DNA from: Spirochaetia bacterium
GTDB taxonomy: Bacteria > Spirochaetota > Spirochaetia > SZUA-6 > Bin103
Length of the DNA: 64,000 nucleotides
Direction of reading: 5' to 3'
NCBI GenBank assembly: GCA_965199955.1
Contig: CBDATQ010000002.1
Location: 704,001-768,000, forward strand
Shown here: piece after piece, positions 38,496 through 48,462 of the stretch
Numbering within the stretch: position 1 is the first letter of the stretch
Layout: every line of letters starts with the position of its first letter
Program-made: the position numbers and the translations under genes
Notes under the pieces: generated by a model
Database searches by the model: none
The model's input: the letters and a program-made list of their open reading frames with translations, nothing else
Told to the model about the DNA's origin: nothing

Positions 38496-39629
38496 ATGAA
38501 GATCGTCGAGGTGCGCGCCTATCCGCAGCGCTACCAGGAGCCCAATGACCGCATGATGTGGCGTCACGTCACGCTGGCCCGCATCACCACCGACTCCGGC
38601 CACGTCGGCTGGGGGGAGTGCATCTCGCAATGGCCGGAGGCGGCCCTGGCGGTGAAGATCCTGATCGAGCAGGGGCTCGGTCCGGCGGTCCTGCTCGGCA
38701 GGAACCCGCTCGACAACGGCGCGCTGTTCGCGGCCATGAAGGCGCACGACTGGTGGTACGGCGACACCGGCATGGCCAACTTCGCGGTCAGCGCCCTGGA
38801 CGTCGCCCTCTGGGACCTCAAGGGAAAGATCCTCGGACAGCCCGTGCACCGGCTGCTCGGCGGCAAGGTGCACGACCGGCTGCGCGCGTGCGCCAGCACC
38901 CATCCGTCGAAGGCCGACCTGCAGGACCTGGCCGACGAGCTGGCCGCACACGCCGACGACGGCTACACGGCCGTCAAGGTCGGCTTCGGCAAGGCCGGCG
39001 ACGCCGCGCTCGGCGTGGACCCCAAGCGTGACATCGCCTACGTGCGCACCGTCCGGCAGACGATCGGTGAAGACGTCGACTTCATCGTCGACGTCGGCAA
39101 CAAGACCCGCTGGGACTACGCATCGGGCGTCCGCATGGCGCGCGCGTTCGAGGAGTACCGGCTGCGCTGGCTGGAGGACCCGTTCCAGCCCACCGACGTG
39201 GCCGCCTACGTGCACCTGCGGGAGGCGATCGAGACGCAGATCGGCGCCGGCGAGCGCTCCTGGCAGGCGTCGGACTACCGGCGGCTGATCGAGCTGGGCG
39301 TGGCCGACGTCTACCTGGTCGACCCCGGCCGCGCCGACGGCATCACCGGCTACAAGCAGGTAATGGACCTCACCGCGCAGGCGCACCTGTTCTTCAACGC
39401 CCACTCGTGGAGTAGCGCCATCAACACCGCCGCCTCCATCCACGCGACCGCGACCGGCGCCAACTACATCGTCTTCGAGGTCAAGCCGGTGCCGAGCCCG
39501 ATGCAGCACGAGCTGGTGCCCGAACCGTTCGAGCAGCGCGACGGCTGGGTGACGGTGCCGGACAGCCCCGGCCTGGGGGTCGAGGTCGACGAGCAGGTAG
39601 TGGATCGCTATGGGTTCACCTCCGTCTAG
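38496..39629 (+). CDS. Mandelate racemase/muconate lactonizing enzyme family protein
   Basis: GWGE, DVALWDLKGK, VD/ED/GE metal ligands, HSW, PGLGVE. Confidence 0.92.
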   Translation: MKIVEVRAYPQRYQEPNDRMMWRHVTLARITTDSGHVGWGECISQWPEAALAVKILIEQGLGPAVLLGRNPLDNGALFAAMKAHDWWYGDTGMANFAVSALDVALWDLKGKILGQPVHRLLGGKVHDRLRACASTHPSKADLQDLADELAAHADDGYTAVKVGFGKAGDAALGVDPKRDIAYVRTVRQTIGEDVDFIVDVGNKTRWDYASGVRMARAFEEYRLRWLEDPFQPTDVAAYVHLREAIETQIGAGERSWQASDYRRLIELGVADVYLVDPGRADGITGYKQVMDLTAQAHLFFNAHSWSSAINTAASIHATATGANYIVFEVKPVPSPMQHELVPEPFEQRDGWVTVPDSPGLGVEVDEQVVDRYGFTSV

Positions 39630-40830
39630 TCAGTCGAGGCCGACGGCGTCGGCCATGGGCCGGCTGGGCACGGAGACCGCCTTCGCCGTATCGGCCGACG
39701 CCGCCGCGTGGGCGGCGCAGGGCCACCGCGTCTATCCGTTTCACCTGGGCGACATCAACCTGCGCACGCCCCTGAGCATCATCGAAGCCGCCGAGCGCGC
39801 CATGCGGGACGGCAAGACCGGCTACACCCCGGCTCCGGGCATCCCGGAGCTGCGCGAGGCGCTGGCGGAGGAGATCGGCGCGGCCCGCGGCGTGCGCTAC
39901 GGCCCCGAGCACGTGTCCGTGCAGCCGGGTGCCAAGCCGATCATCGGCAAGCTGCTGATGAGCGTCATGAACCCGAACGAGGAGGTGGTGTACCCGAACC
40001 CCGGCTACCCGATCTACGAGTCGCAGGTAGACTACCTGGGGGGACGCGGGCGCCCCTACGCCTACGTCGAGGAGGCCGACGGCTTCCGCATCGACCGCGC
40101 GTCGATGGAAGCGGCGCTCAGCGACGCGACCCGTGTGCTGATCGTCAACGCCCAGCACAACCCCACCGGCGCGGACGCGTCAGCCGACGAGATCGCCTGG
40201 CTGGCAAGGATCGCCCGTGAGCGCGACCTGTGGGTGCTGGCCGACGAGCCGTACTTCGACATCCGCTACAGCGGCTCGAGCCGCAGCCTGGTCTCCGAAC
40301 CGGAGATGGTCGAACGCACGGTGATCGGCTACACCTTCTCCAAGACCTACGCCATGACCGGCTGGCGGCTGGGCGCCGCCATCGGCCCGACCGGCGTCAT
40401 CGACCTGATCAACACGCTCAACACCAACCACGAGTCGTGCACCTGCGGGTTCATCCAGCACGCCGGCGTCGAGGCGCTGAAGGGCGACCAGTCCGGCGCC
40501 CGCGAGATCCTGACCACGCTCCGCGAGCGGCGTGACGTCGTGGTCGACGGCCTCAACGCCATCGACGGCGTGAGCGTCCATCGCGCCACCGCCACCTTTT
40601 ATTTGTTCGTCGACGTCACCGGCGTCTACCGGCGTCTCGGCTACGGCGACCCGCAGGCCTTCCGCACCGACGCGCTCCGCGAGACCGGGGTGTCGTTCTG
40701 CTCTCGCACCCACTTCGGGCGCGCGCTGCCCGGCGAGCAGCGGATGTACGTGCGCTTCGCCTACTCCGGCATCGAAGCGGACGATGCACGGGAGGGGCTT
40801 GCGGCGCTCAAGGAGTACTGGGAGCGGTAG
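39610..40830 (+). CDS. PLP-dependent aminotransferase class I/II
   Basis: GYTPAPGIPELR, HNPTG, DEPY, FSKTYAMTGWRLG. Confidence 0.92.
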   Translation: MGSPPSSQSRPTASAMGRLGTETAFAVSADAAAWAAQGHRVYPFHLGDINLRTPLSIIEAAERAMRDGKTGYTPAPGIPELREALAEEIGAARGVRYGPEHVSVQPGAKPIIGKLLMSVMNPNEEVVYPNPGYPIYESQVDYLGGRGRPYAYVEEADGFRIDRASMEAALSDATRVLIVNAQHNPTGADASADEIAWLARIARERDLWVLADEPYFDIRYSGSSRSLVSEPEMVERTVIGYTFSKTYAMTGWRLGAAIGPTGVIDLINTLNTNHESCTCGFIQHAGVEALKGDQSGAREILTTLRERRDVVVDGLNAIDGVSVHRATATFYLFVDVTGVYRRLGYGDPQAFRTDALRETGVSFCSRTHFGRALPGEQRMYVRFAYSGIEADDAREGLAALKEYWER

Positions 40831-40835
40831 CCCGG

Positions 40836-42023
40836 CTACTCGATGACGCCGTGCTGCCGGCCCACGCGGGCGAACGCCTCGATCGCCCGGTCCAGGTGGG
40901 CTTGCTCGTGCGCAGCCGAGATCTGCACGCGGATGCGGGCCTGCCCCTCCGGCACGACCGGATAGGAGAAGCCGATTACGTAGATCCCGTCGGCCAGCAG
41001 GTCGGCGGCCATCGCCTGTGCCAGCCGTGCGTCGTACAGCATGATCGGGACGATCGGATGCACGCCCGGCCGGATGTCGAAGCCGGCTGACGTCATCGCG
41101 TCGCGGAAGTAGGCGGTGTTCCCGGCCAGCCGGTCACGCAGCTCCGTGGTCCGGTCCAGCCGTTCCAGCACCGCCAGGCCGGCGGCGGCCAGGGAGGGCG
41201 GCAACGAGTTGCTGAACAGGTACGGCCGCGAGCGCTGCCGAAGCAGCTCCACGATCGGCCCGCGCGCCGCGGTGAACCCGCCGGAGGCGCCGCCCAGCGC
41301 CTTGCCGAGCGTGCTGGTGATGACGTCGATCTCGCCCAGCACGCCGCAGTGCTCGATCGAGCCGCGGCCGGTGGCGCCGATGAAGCCGGTGGCGTGCGAG
41401 TCGTCGACCATCACCAGCGCGTCGTGCGCGCGCGCCAGCTCGACGATGCGGTCCAGTGGGGCGATGTCGCCGTCCATGGAGAACACGCCGTCGGTGGCAA
41501 TCAGCCGCAGCCGCGCGCCGGCGGCTTCCTTCAGCTTCTCCTTCAAGTCGTCCATGTCGGCGTGCGCGTAGCGGTAGCGGGCCGCCTTGCACAGGCGGAT
41601 GCCGTCGATGATCGACGCGTGGTTGAGCGCGTCCGAGAGTACGGCGTCGCCCTCCTGCAGGAGGGTCTCGAACAGGCCGCCGTTGGCGTCGAAGCAGGAG
41701 GTGTAGAGGATGGCGTCGTCGGTGCCCAGGAAGCGCGCCAGCGCCTGCTCCAGGCGCTTGTGGAGATCCTGCGTGCCGCAGATGAAACGCACGGACGAGA
41801 GCCCGAAGCCGTGGGTGCGCAACGCGTCGGCCGCCGCGTCGATCACGGCCAGGTCGCTGGACAGCCCGAGGTAGTTGTTGGCGCAGAAGTTGAGCACCTC
41901 GTCGTCGGATCCAACGTGGATCGCCACCCCCTGCGGCGAGGTGATCACGCGCTCGTCCTTGTAGAGGCCGGCGACCCGGATCTGCTCCAGGGTGGGCTGA
42001 ATCACGCTGTCGATGGTTGCCAT
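40836..42023 (-). CDS. kbl: Glycine C-acetyltransferase (2-amino-3-ketobutyrate CoA ligase)
   Basis: [44 protein letters not shown]; next to tdh. Confidence 0.96.
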   Translation of the reverse strand: MATIDSVIQPTLEQIRVAGLYKDERVITSPQGVAIHVGSDDEVLNFCANNYLGLSSDLAVIDAAADALRTHGFGLSSVRFICGTQDLHKRLEQALARFLGTDDAILYTSCFDANGGLFETLLQEGDAVLSDALNHASIIDGIRLCKAARYRYAHADMDDLKEKLKEAAGARLRLIATDGVFSMDGDIAPLDRIVELARAHDALVMVDDSHATGFIGATGRGSIEHCGVLGEIDVITSTLGKALGGASGGFTAARGPIVELLRQRSRPYLFSNSLPPSLAAAGLAVLERLDRTTELRDRLAGNTAYFRDAMTSAGFDIRPGVHPIVPIMLYDARLAQAMAADLLADGIYVIGFSYPVVPEGQARIRVQISAAHEQAHLDRAIEAFARVGRQHGVIE

Positions 42024-42051
42024 GAGGCGGTTACTCCTTGATGTTGAGGAC

Positions 42052-43080
42052 TCACTCCGTGACGTCCAAGACGACCTTGCCGCAGCGGCCGGCGGCCATC
42101 GCCGCGAAGCCCTCCTCGAAGTCTCCCAGCGCCAACCGGTGCGTCAGCACGGGCGACACGTCCAGGCCGCTGCGCAGCATCTGCGTCATCTTGTACCAGG
42201 TCTCGTACATCTCGCGCCCGTAGACGCCCTTGATGCGCAGGCTCTTGAGGATCACCAGGTTCCAGTCGATGGTGGTGGACTCCGGCAGGAAACCGAGCAG
42301 GGCGATCTGACCACCGTTGTACATGTTGGCCAGCATGCTCCGGAACGCATCTGCGCTGCCGGACACCTCGATGCCGCGGTCGAAGCCGTTGGACATGCCG
42401 AGCTGCGTGACTGCGTCCTCCACCGAGCCGCGGGTCACGTTGACGGCGAGGGAGGCGCCCATGCGGCGCGCCAGGTCCAGCCGGTAGTCGTTGACATCGG
42501 TGACCACCACGTGGCGGGCGCCCAGGTGGCGGCAGATCGCCGCGGCCATCACCCCGATAGGCCCGGCGCCGGTGATCAGCACGTCCTCGGCTACCAGGTC
42601 GAACGACAGGGCACAGTGCGTGGCGTTGCCCAGCGGGTCCAGGAAGGCGGCGATTTCGGTCGGAATGCTGTCGTGGATCGGCCACAGGTTGCTCTCCGGC
42701 ATCACCACCAGCTCGGCGAAGGCGCCGTCGCGGTGGATGCCGACTCCCCTGGTGAGGTGGCACAGGTGCGGCTTGCCGGCGCGGCAGTTGCGGCACAGGC
42801 CGCAGGTGATGTGCCCCTCGCCCGAGACCCGGTCGCCCACCCGGTGCAGCGTCGCGCCCGGGCCGAGGGCGACCACCTCGCCCACGAACTCGTGGCCCAG
42901 CACCAGCGGCGGCTCGACGACGCTCCGCGCCCATTCGTCCCAGTGATAGATGTGCAGGTCGGTCCCGCACACCGCCGCCTTGATGACACGAACCAGGACT
43001 TCCTTCGGGCCGGGCACGGGCACGGGCACTTCGGCCAGCGTCAGGCCGGGGCCCGCCGCCTCCTTGAGCAGTGCTTTCAT
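42052..43080 (-). CDS. tdh: L-threonine 3-dehydrogenase
   Basis: [39 protein letters not shown]. Confidence 0.96.
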   Translation of the reverse strand: MKALLKEAAGPGLTLAEVPVPVPGPKEVLVRVIKAAVCGTDLHIYHWDEWARSVVEPPLVLGHEFVGEVVALGPGATLHRVGDRVSGEGHITCGLCRNCRAGKPHLCHLTRGVGIHRDGAFAELVVMPESNLWPIHDSIPTEIAAFLDPLGNATHCALSFDLVAEDVLITGAGPIGVMAAAICRHLGARHVVVTDVNDYRLDLARRMGASLAVNVTRGSVEDAVTQLGMSNGFDRGIEVSGSADAFRSMLANMYNGGQIALLGFLPESTTIDWNLVILKSLRIKGVYGREMYETWYKMTQMLRSGLDVSPVLTHRLALGDFEEGFAAMAAGRCGKVVLDVTE

Positions 43081-43241
43081 GGATGGCCGGCCGACAGTGT
43101 AGCGCACCGTCAGCCCGCCGTTAAACATGGGGTGAACTGAGGAGAACGACACTGGAAGGACGGCAGATCGAGCGCGACCGGGAGCAGAGTCGGGTCGTGC
43201 GTTCGACTGCGACACGGGTTAGAGTCGTCGGCGGAACTGCC

Positions 43242-43577
43242 ATGACGTTCGACACGTCGGTGCTCGACGCGGCGATCCGCCGCCGCCGTGATCGGCTGGA
43301 GCGGGAACGGGCCGAGCTGCTGGAGCGGGTGGCGAGCGCGGTTCGCGCGCAGGCGGGCGAACTCGGCGTCCGCCACGCCTATGTTGTAGGTTCTCTGACG
43401 CGCGAGCACGGCTGGTCCGACGACTCGGATGTGGACGTGGCGATCAGCGGCGGCGATCCTCTCGCGATCATGCGTCTGGTCGAGGATGCCTCCGGACGCG
43501 TGGTGGACGTGATCGACCTGGACCGTCATCCGGCTCCGGAGCTGTTTCGGCGCAACGGAGTCCAGGTCGTTGGATGA
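43242..43577 (+). CDS. Minimal nucleotidyltransferase (MNT) antitoxin
   Basis: GS-x10-DVD motif (VGSLTREHGWSDDSDVDVA), VDVIDL. Confidence 0.85.
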   Translation: MTFDTSVLDAAIRRRRDRLERERAELLERVASAVRAQAGELGVRHAYVVGSLTREHGWSDDSDVDVAISGGDPLAIMRLVEDASGRVVDVIDLDRHPAPELFRRNGVQVVG

Positions 43578-44034
43578 TCGACGCCTCGCTCTGCTTCGGC
43601 GGGACCTGCAGGATCAGTGGGAGATCGTCGACCGAGTGTTCGCGAAGATCGGGGACCGCAGCGTCGGCGCTTCGCCATCGGCCGTGCAGGTGGAGGCGCT
43701 GGCCTACCAACTGCACAATCTCTACGGCGCCTGCGAGCAACTGTTCGAGCTGATCGCGCGGGCGTTCGAGAACCAGATCGACGGCCCGACCTATCACGTC
43801 GATCTGTTGCGCCGCATGAAGGCGGAAATCACCGGCGTCCGGCCCGCGCTCCTCACCGCGGGGCTCGCCGGGCGCCTGAACGAACTGCGCGGGTTCCGCC
43901 ATTTCTTTCGCCACGCGTACGACTCGGAGCTTCACCCCGAGCGGGTCACCGCACTGGCGGCAACGGCACTGGCGTTGCGTCCGGAGCTCCGGGACTCCAT
44001 GGACCGATTCATCGTCCGTCTGCAAGCCGGTTGA
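43570..44034 (+). CDS. HEPN-domain ribonuclease toxin (HepT-like)
   Basis: LHNLY..CE, RHFFRHAY (R-x4-H-x-Y); overlaps MNT. Confidence 0.85.
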   Translation: MDDRRLALLRRDLQDQWEIVDRVFAKIGDRSVGASPSAVQVEALAYQLHNLYGACEQLFELIARAFENQIDGPTYHVDLLRRMKAEITGVRPALLTAGLAGRLNELRGFRHFFRHAYDSELHPERVTALAATALALRPELRDSMDRFIVRLQAG

Positions 44035-44075
44035 GCGACGACCCACCCACCCTGACTACCGCTGCGGCCCGCGCC

Positions 44076-44104
44076 TTGACGGGAACGCAGCATGAGGGTA
44101 GATT
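44076..44104 (+). promoter_or_regulatory. Putative sigma70 promoter
   Basis: TTGACG-17 bp-TAGATT, 82 nt upstream of the SBP ATG. Confidence 0.6.
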
Positions 44105-44186
44105 CATCGGGATGCCCGGACGCCTCTTCGGGCCGATGGGCACAATCTCACACTTTACCCCACGTGAAAGGGAGGTTCGCAGAACG

Positions 44187-45998
44187 ATGAGAAAACTGCT
44201 CATCTCGCTTCTTACCCTGGGCTTTGTCCTTGGATCCGCCTTCGTGGCGAGCGCCGAAGGCTCGGAAGAGTCGATGGAAGGTCCGATGGAGATCAGCTTT
44301 CAGGGCATCTACGGCGACGCCGTCGAAGAGGGCAACGCGGTACAGCGCGCCCTGGAAGAGAAGTTCAACATCAAGATCACAGACTCCAACCTAGCCCGTC
44401 GCCCTCGGGAGACGATCGACTTGATGATCGGCGCCGACGAGCATCCGGACGCCATGTACTCTTGGACGAATCACGACCAGTGGTACGCCGCCGGTGCGTA
44501 TCGGCCCATTCCGATCGACATGATCCGTGAGCACGCGCCCAACTTGGCGCGCGACTGGGACACGATCGGTCCGGGCGCCTGGATGATGTCGGCGGTCCCC
44601 GGCGATGCGACGGCCCTGCGCGGCCTCCCGCGCGGCTATGCGCACCAGGCCGGTGCCGGCGCGGCGGTCAACTTCCGCTACGACTGGCTGGGCATGGTCG
44701 GCGCACGCGCAGCGCTCGGCGTGTCCCAGGACATGGAGTCGAGCCCCGAGAGTCCGGAAGGCGTGCTCGACAGCAATCCCGTGTTCGACCCCGGCCACTG
44801 GTTCATTAGTTACAACACGCCGAACATCGTCGACGTTGAGGCGGCTCTGGAAGCGATCGTCGCGGCCGACCCGGTCGGCGGCGGGCGGACCATCGGCTAC
44901 AGCGGCTGGCCCCGCGAAGGCAGGCCGTGTTACTGGTGGTCGTTCGGTGCGGTGTGCCAGGCATACGGCGTCGCCTCGGAGTCATGGTGGGTTCACGAGG
45001 CCGCCGACGGCAGCGCCACGATCCACTACGGCTGGGACAACGTGAAGACCGCCCTGAAGGTCCTGCAGCGCTGGTATCAGAAGGGCATCCTGGACAGCGA
45101 GATCCCGGCATTCGATCGCGCCGCGTTTGATGACAAGGTTGGCGCAGGCTTGGTCGCGATGTACGGCCGCGGCGCCCAGGGATGCTGGAATACGCCTGAG
45201 GGTAATGCGAATCCGACGGTCGGCTGTCTGGCTCGTGTCAACAACCCGGACTTTCAGGAGCTGATGGTGCATGCGGTGACCGCTCCGGACGGTACCTACG
45301 GGCTCCGTCATGAGAACACGGCGCTGCCGCTGGGCGGCCCCGGCGAGTGGTTCGTGATCCGCCATGACGTCTCCGATGAGAAGCTGGCCAAGATCCTGCA
45401 GATCTTCGACTACGCGAACAGCACCTGTGAAGGCATGATGCTTCAGCTGTTCGGGATCGAGGGCACGCACTACAACGTCGAGGGTGGCGCACCGATGTGC
45501 TCGGACGACGGGGTCGAAGCTGCCCGTGCCGGCGGCGTGGCGGTCCGCGCCACCGCGGATTGGGCAGCGCTCACTGGCGACGGCATAGCCCACTACTTCA
45601 CCAATAATGGGTACTACACGCGGCTGTACGGCGACGGTTTCCCCGGCAACACCCAGTGGGAGCCGCTCAAGACCTACAACCAGTGGCGCGGTCCGGGCGG
45701 TGGCGGCACCACGCACCTGATTCGCATGTACAAGGAGGACGTGTTCAACGAGACCGACCACAATGAGCTGCGTGCGCAGTTCAAGGGCGCTCTGGACACG
45801 ATCCACGGTGAGTTCATGTACAAGGCCATGACGACCGATCTCGACATCGATGCCGAGTGGCCGAAGTACATGGAGCAACTCAATGCTGCCGGCATGGCTG
45901 CGATCAACGCCGAGCTGAACAAGCTGCAGTACACGGTTGCCGAGCTGAACAGCGTCGGCGTGACCTGCGGCGAGTCCGGGTGCGTCCCTAACAAGTAG
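44187..45998 (+). CDS. Extracellular solute-binding protein, family 1-like (divergent)
   Basis: Signal peptide, ALEEKFNIKI, EHAPNL, RYDWL, WYQKGILD, FGIEGTHY; GGGAGG RBS. Confidence 0.82.
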   Translation: MRKLLISLLTLGFVLGSAFVASAEGSEESMEGPMEISFQGIYGDAVEEGNAVQRALEEKFNIKITDSNLARRPRETIDLMIGADEHPDAMYSWTNHDQWYAAGAYRPIPIDMIREHAPNLARDWDTIGPGAWMMSAVPGDATALRGLPRGYAHQAGAGAAVNFRYDWLGMVGARAALGVSQDMESSPESPEGVLDSNPVFDPGHWFISYNTPNIVDVEAALEAIVAADPVGGGRTIGYSGWPREGRPCYWWSFGAVCQAYGVASESWWVHEAADGSATIHYGWDNVKTALKVLQRWYQKGILDSEIPAFDRAAFDDKVGAGLVAMYGRGAQGCWNTPEGNANPTVGCLARVNNPDFQELMVHAVTAPDGTYGLRHENTALPLGGPGEWFVIRHDVSDEKLAKILQIFDYANSTCEGMMLQLFGIEGTHYNVEGGAPMCSDDGVEAARAGGVAVRATADWAALTGDGIAHYFTNNGYYTRLYGDGFPGNTQWEPLKTYNQWRGPGGGGTTHLIRMYKEDVFNETDHNELRAQFKGALDTIHGEFMYKAMTTDLDIDAEWPKYMEQLNAAGMAAINAELNKLQYTVAELNSVGVTCGESGCVPNK

Positions 45999-46048
45999 GC
46001 GCAAGCATCCGGTACGCGCAGTCAGTCCTCTGGCTGCTCAGATCTGAG

Positions 46049-46084
46049 AAGGGACGGCCGCCATGGCCGTCCCTTTCCTTCATT
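46049..46084 (+). terminator. Intrinsic terminator
   Basis: AAGGGACGGCC-gccat-GGCCGTCCCTT followed by a pyrimidine-rich tail. Confidence 0.75.
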
Positions 46085-46085
46085 G

Positions 46086-46141
46086 GTGCGCCCGGCATGG
46101 GCTCTCGCCGGAAGAAGGTGGGGGCGTGCGCCGAGCATGCG
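46086..46141 (+). mobile_element. Two group IIC intron-like 5' end remnants
   Basis: GTGCGCCCGGCATGGG at 46086 directly after the terminator and GTGCGCCGAGCATG at 46126; no RT ORF. Confidence 0.6.
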
Positions 46142-46308
46142 AAGGCGGCTCCGGGGCCGGTTCAGGTATTAGTCCGAAGTTCCAGAGCGTGAATCTCTCG
46201 TAACTTCATTGACAGAAATTAGTTGCAAGGTGATCTGCGTGCTGATTGGCGTCGTTTCGTGTCCATGTAGATGGTGGTGAATAGCGGCGAGATACATGCT
46301 ATTTGATC

Positions 46309-46336
46309 TTGACATATCGTGACTTGTGTGTATTCT
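46309..46336 (+). promoter_or_regulatory. Putative transposase promoter
   Basis: TTGACA-16 bp-TATTCT with TGn extension. Confidence 0.5.
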
Positions 46337-46356
46337 GTTGCCACAGATCAGTAGTC

Positions 46357-48087
46357 ATGTACATCGAGTCTGTCCCCAACCGCTCCTCTCCCCCTGCCAT
46401 CCTGCTCCGCGAGTCCTACCGCGAGCACGGCAAGGTCAAGAAGCGCACGCTCGCGAACCTCTCCAAATGGCCCCCTGATCTGGTCGACGGCTTGCGCACC
46501 CTGCTCAAGGGCGGCCACGCCTTCGCCTCGGTCTCGGATGCGTTGCTGCTCACGCGCTCGCTGCCCCACGGCCACGTCGCCGCCGTGCTGGGCATCCTCA
46601 AGCAGCTCGGACTCCATACCCTCATCGCCCGCAAGGCCAGCCGCTCGCGCGAGCTGATCATCGCCATGATCACCGCCCGCGTCATCGACGCGCAGTCCAA
46701 ACTGGCCACCGCCCGCGCGCTCTCACCGCCCAGCGCCGTGTCCACCCTGGGCGAGTCGCTGCGGTTGGGGGAGGTCGATGAGAACGAGCTCTACGAGGCG
46801 ATGGACTGGTTGGTCGGGCGCCAGGCGGCGATCGAGGACCGCCTGGCCGAACAGCACCTCAGCGAGCACACGCTGGTGCTCTACGACGTGAGCTCGACCT
46901 ACTTCGAGGGCAGCCACTGCGAGCTGGCGCAGTTGGGACACAGCCGTGACGGCAAGTCGGGCACGCTGCAGATCGTGTTCGGGCTGCTGTGCACCCAGGA
47001 AGGCTGTCCGGTGGCGGTGGAGGTATTCCCTGGCTCTACCGCCGACCCGAAGACGGTGAGCGCGCAGGTGGACAAGATCCGCACCCGCTTCGGACTCACG
47101 CGGGTGGTGCTGGTCGGCGACCGCGGGATGCTGAGCGCGGCGAGGATCCGCGAGGACCTGCAAGAGGTGGAGGGGCTGCGCTGGATCACCACGCTGCGCG
47201 CGCCGACGATCCGCAAGCTGGTGGCCGCCGGCGAGGTGGCGCCGTCGTTGTTCGACGAGCGCGACCTGGCCGAGATCACCAGCGAGGAGTTTCCGGGCGA
47301 GCGGCTGATCGTGTGCCGCAACCCGTTGCTGGCCGACGAACGGAAGCGCAAGCGCCAGGAGCTGCTACAGGCCACCGAGCAGAAGCTGGCCCCGATCGCT
47401 CAGGCCACCCAGCGCGTCCATCAGCCGCTACGGGGCGAGGCCGAGATCGGCATGCGGGTCGGCAAGGTGATCAATCACTACAAGGTGGGCAAGCACTTCG
47501 TGACCGAGATCACCTCCGAGTCGTTCAGCTTTCGGCGCGATGAGCACAAGATCGCCGCCGAGCAGGCGCTGGACGGGCTGTACATCGTGCGCAGCAACGT
47601 GGAGCCGCAGGTGCTCGACGCGGCGCAGACGGTGCGCGCCTACAAGGGGCTGTCGAAGGTGGAGCGGGCGTTTCGGTGCATGAAGTCCGTGGACCTGAAG
47701 GTGCGCCCGATTCACCACCGGCGCGCCGATCGGGTGCGGGCGCACGTGCTGCTGTGCATGCTGGCCTACTACGTGGAGTGGCACATGCGGCGCTCGCTGG
47801 CGCCGTTGCTGTTCGACGATCACGATCGACAGGGCGCCGAGCGCAAGCGGGTCTCCGAGGTGGCTCCGGCGCAGCGATCGGCGGCCGCGGCGGCCAAGGC
47901 GTCGAGCAAGCGCACCGAGGACGGGTTGCCGGTGCACAGCTTTCGCACGCTGATCACTGAGCTGGGCACGCTGACGGCGAACACGATGCAGGTTGCAGAG
48001 GGCGGCAGCACGTTCACGCTGCACACGCACCCGACACCGGTTCAGCAGCGCTGTTTCGAGCTGCTTGGGGTCACGCCCCGCATGTAG
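46357..48087 (+). CDS. IS1634-family DDE transposase
   Basis: LLRESYRE.GKVKKRTLANLS, YDVSSTYFEG, GHSRDGK, VGDRGM, YK.L..VERAFR. Confidence 0.92.
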   Translation: MYIESVPNRSSPPAILLRESYREHGKVKKRTLANLSKWPPDLVDGLRTLLKGGHAFASVSDALLLTRSLPHGHVAAVLGILKQLGLHTLIARKASRSRELIIAMITARVIDAQSKLATARALSPPSAVSTLGESLRLGEVDENELYEAMDWLVGRQAAIEDRLAEQHLSEHTLVLYDVSSTYFEGSHCELAQLGHSRDGKSGTLQIVFGLLCTQEGCPVAVEVFPGSTADPKTVSAQVDKIRTRFGLTRVVLVGDRGMLSAARIREDLQEVEGLRWITTLRAPTIRKLVAAGEVAPSLFDERDLAEITSEEFPGERLIVCRNPLLADERKRKRQELLQATEQKLAPIAQATQRVHQPLRGEAEIGMRVGKVINHYKVGKHFVTEITSESFSFRRDEHKIAAEQALDGLYIVRSNVEPQVLDAAQTVRAYKGLSKVERAFRCMKSVDLKVRPIHHRRADRVRAHVLLCMLAYYVEWHMRRSLAPLLFDDHDRQGAERKRVSEVAPAQRSAAAAAKASSKRTEDGLPVHSFRTLITELGTLTANTMQVAEGGSTFTLHTHPTPVQQRCFELLGVTPRM

Positions 48088-48270
48088 CCATGCACAGGAA
48101 CCTGCACCATTGAGAAACTACCCTGACCACAAGGACTTCAGGCAATTTCGCTCCTGGAACTTCGGATTAGTCTTGGGGCGATTGGTCCACGAGCACGAAC
48201 CCCAAGTGTTCCCCCAGAGGGATAGAGCTTTCGCCATTCCATTGGGTGTAGGTCTCAGACTGAGCGATTC

Positions 48271-48308
48271 GACGGGGTCTGAGGTAGCCGACGGGGTCTG
48301 AGGTAGCC
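48271..48308 (+). repeat. Perfect 19-bp tandem duplication
   Basis: GACGGGGTCTGAGGTAGCC x2. Confidence 0.9.
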
Positions 48309-48462
48309 TGAGCGGCAGGCGCCGGGCGGGTGGTGACAAAGTGTCACGGGAGCGCGGCGCTGGCGGCGGAGGTGATTACGGGGGAGGAAGGGCAGCGCTC
48401 CTCTGGGGTAGGGTTGACGGCAACCCTACCGCAACCCCTGAACCGCCAGAGGAGCGAGGCCG

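Larger units (their letters stand above)
46170..48169 (+). mobile_element. IS1634-family insertion sequence (about 2.0 kb)
   Basis: Terminal IRs TAGTCCGAAGTTCCAG / CTGGAACTTCGGATTA (15/16); ATTAGTC at both ends; intact transposase. Confidence 0.88.

Noticed and set aside
43190..43220. GTTCGA T-loop-like sequence (also near 49433)
   Set aside because: No cloverleaf stems or acceptor arm could be built; not a tRNA
48271..48308. Possible CRISPR repeat
   Set aside because: Only two adjacent copies with no spacer, inside an IS end; no cas genes
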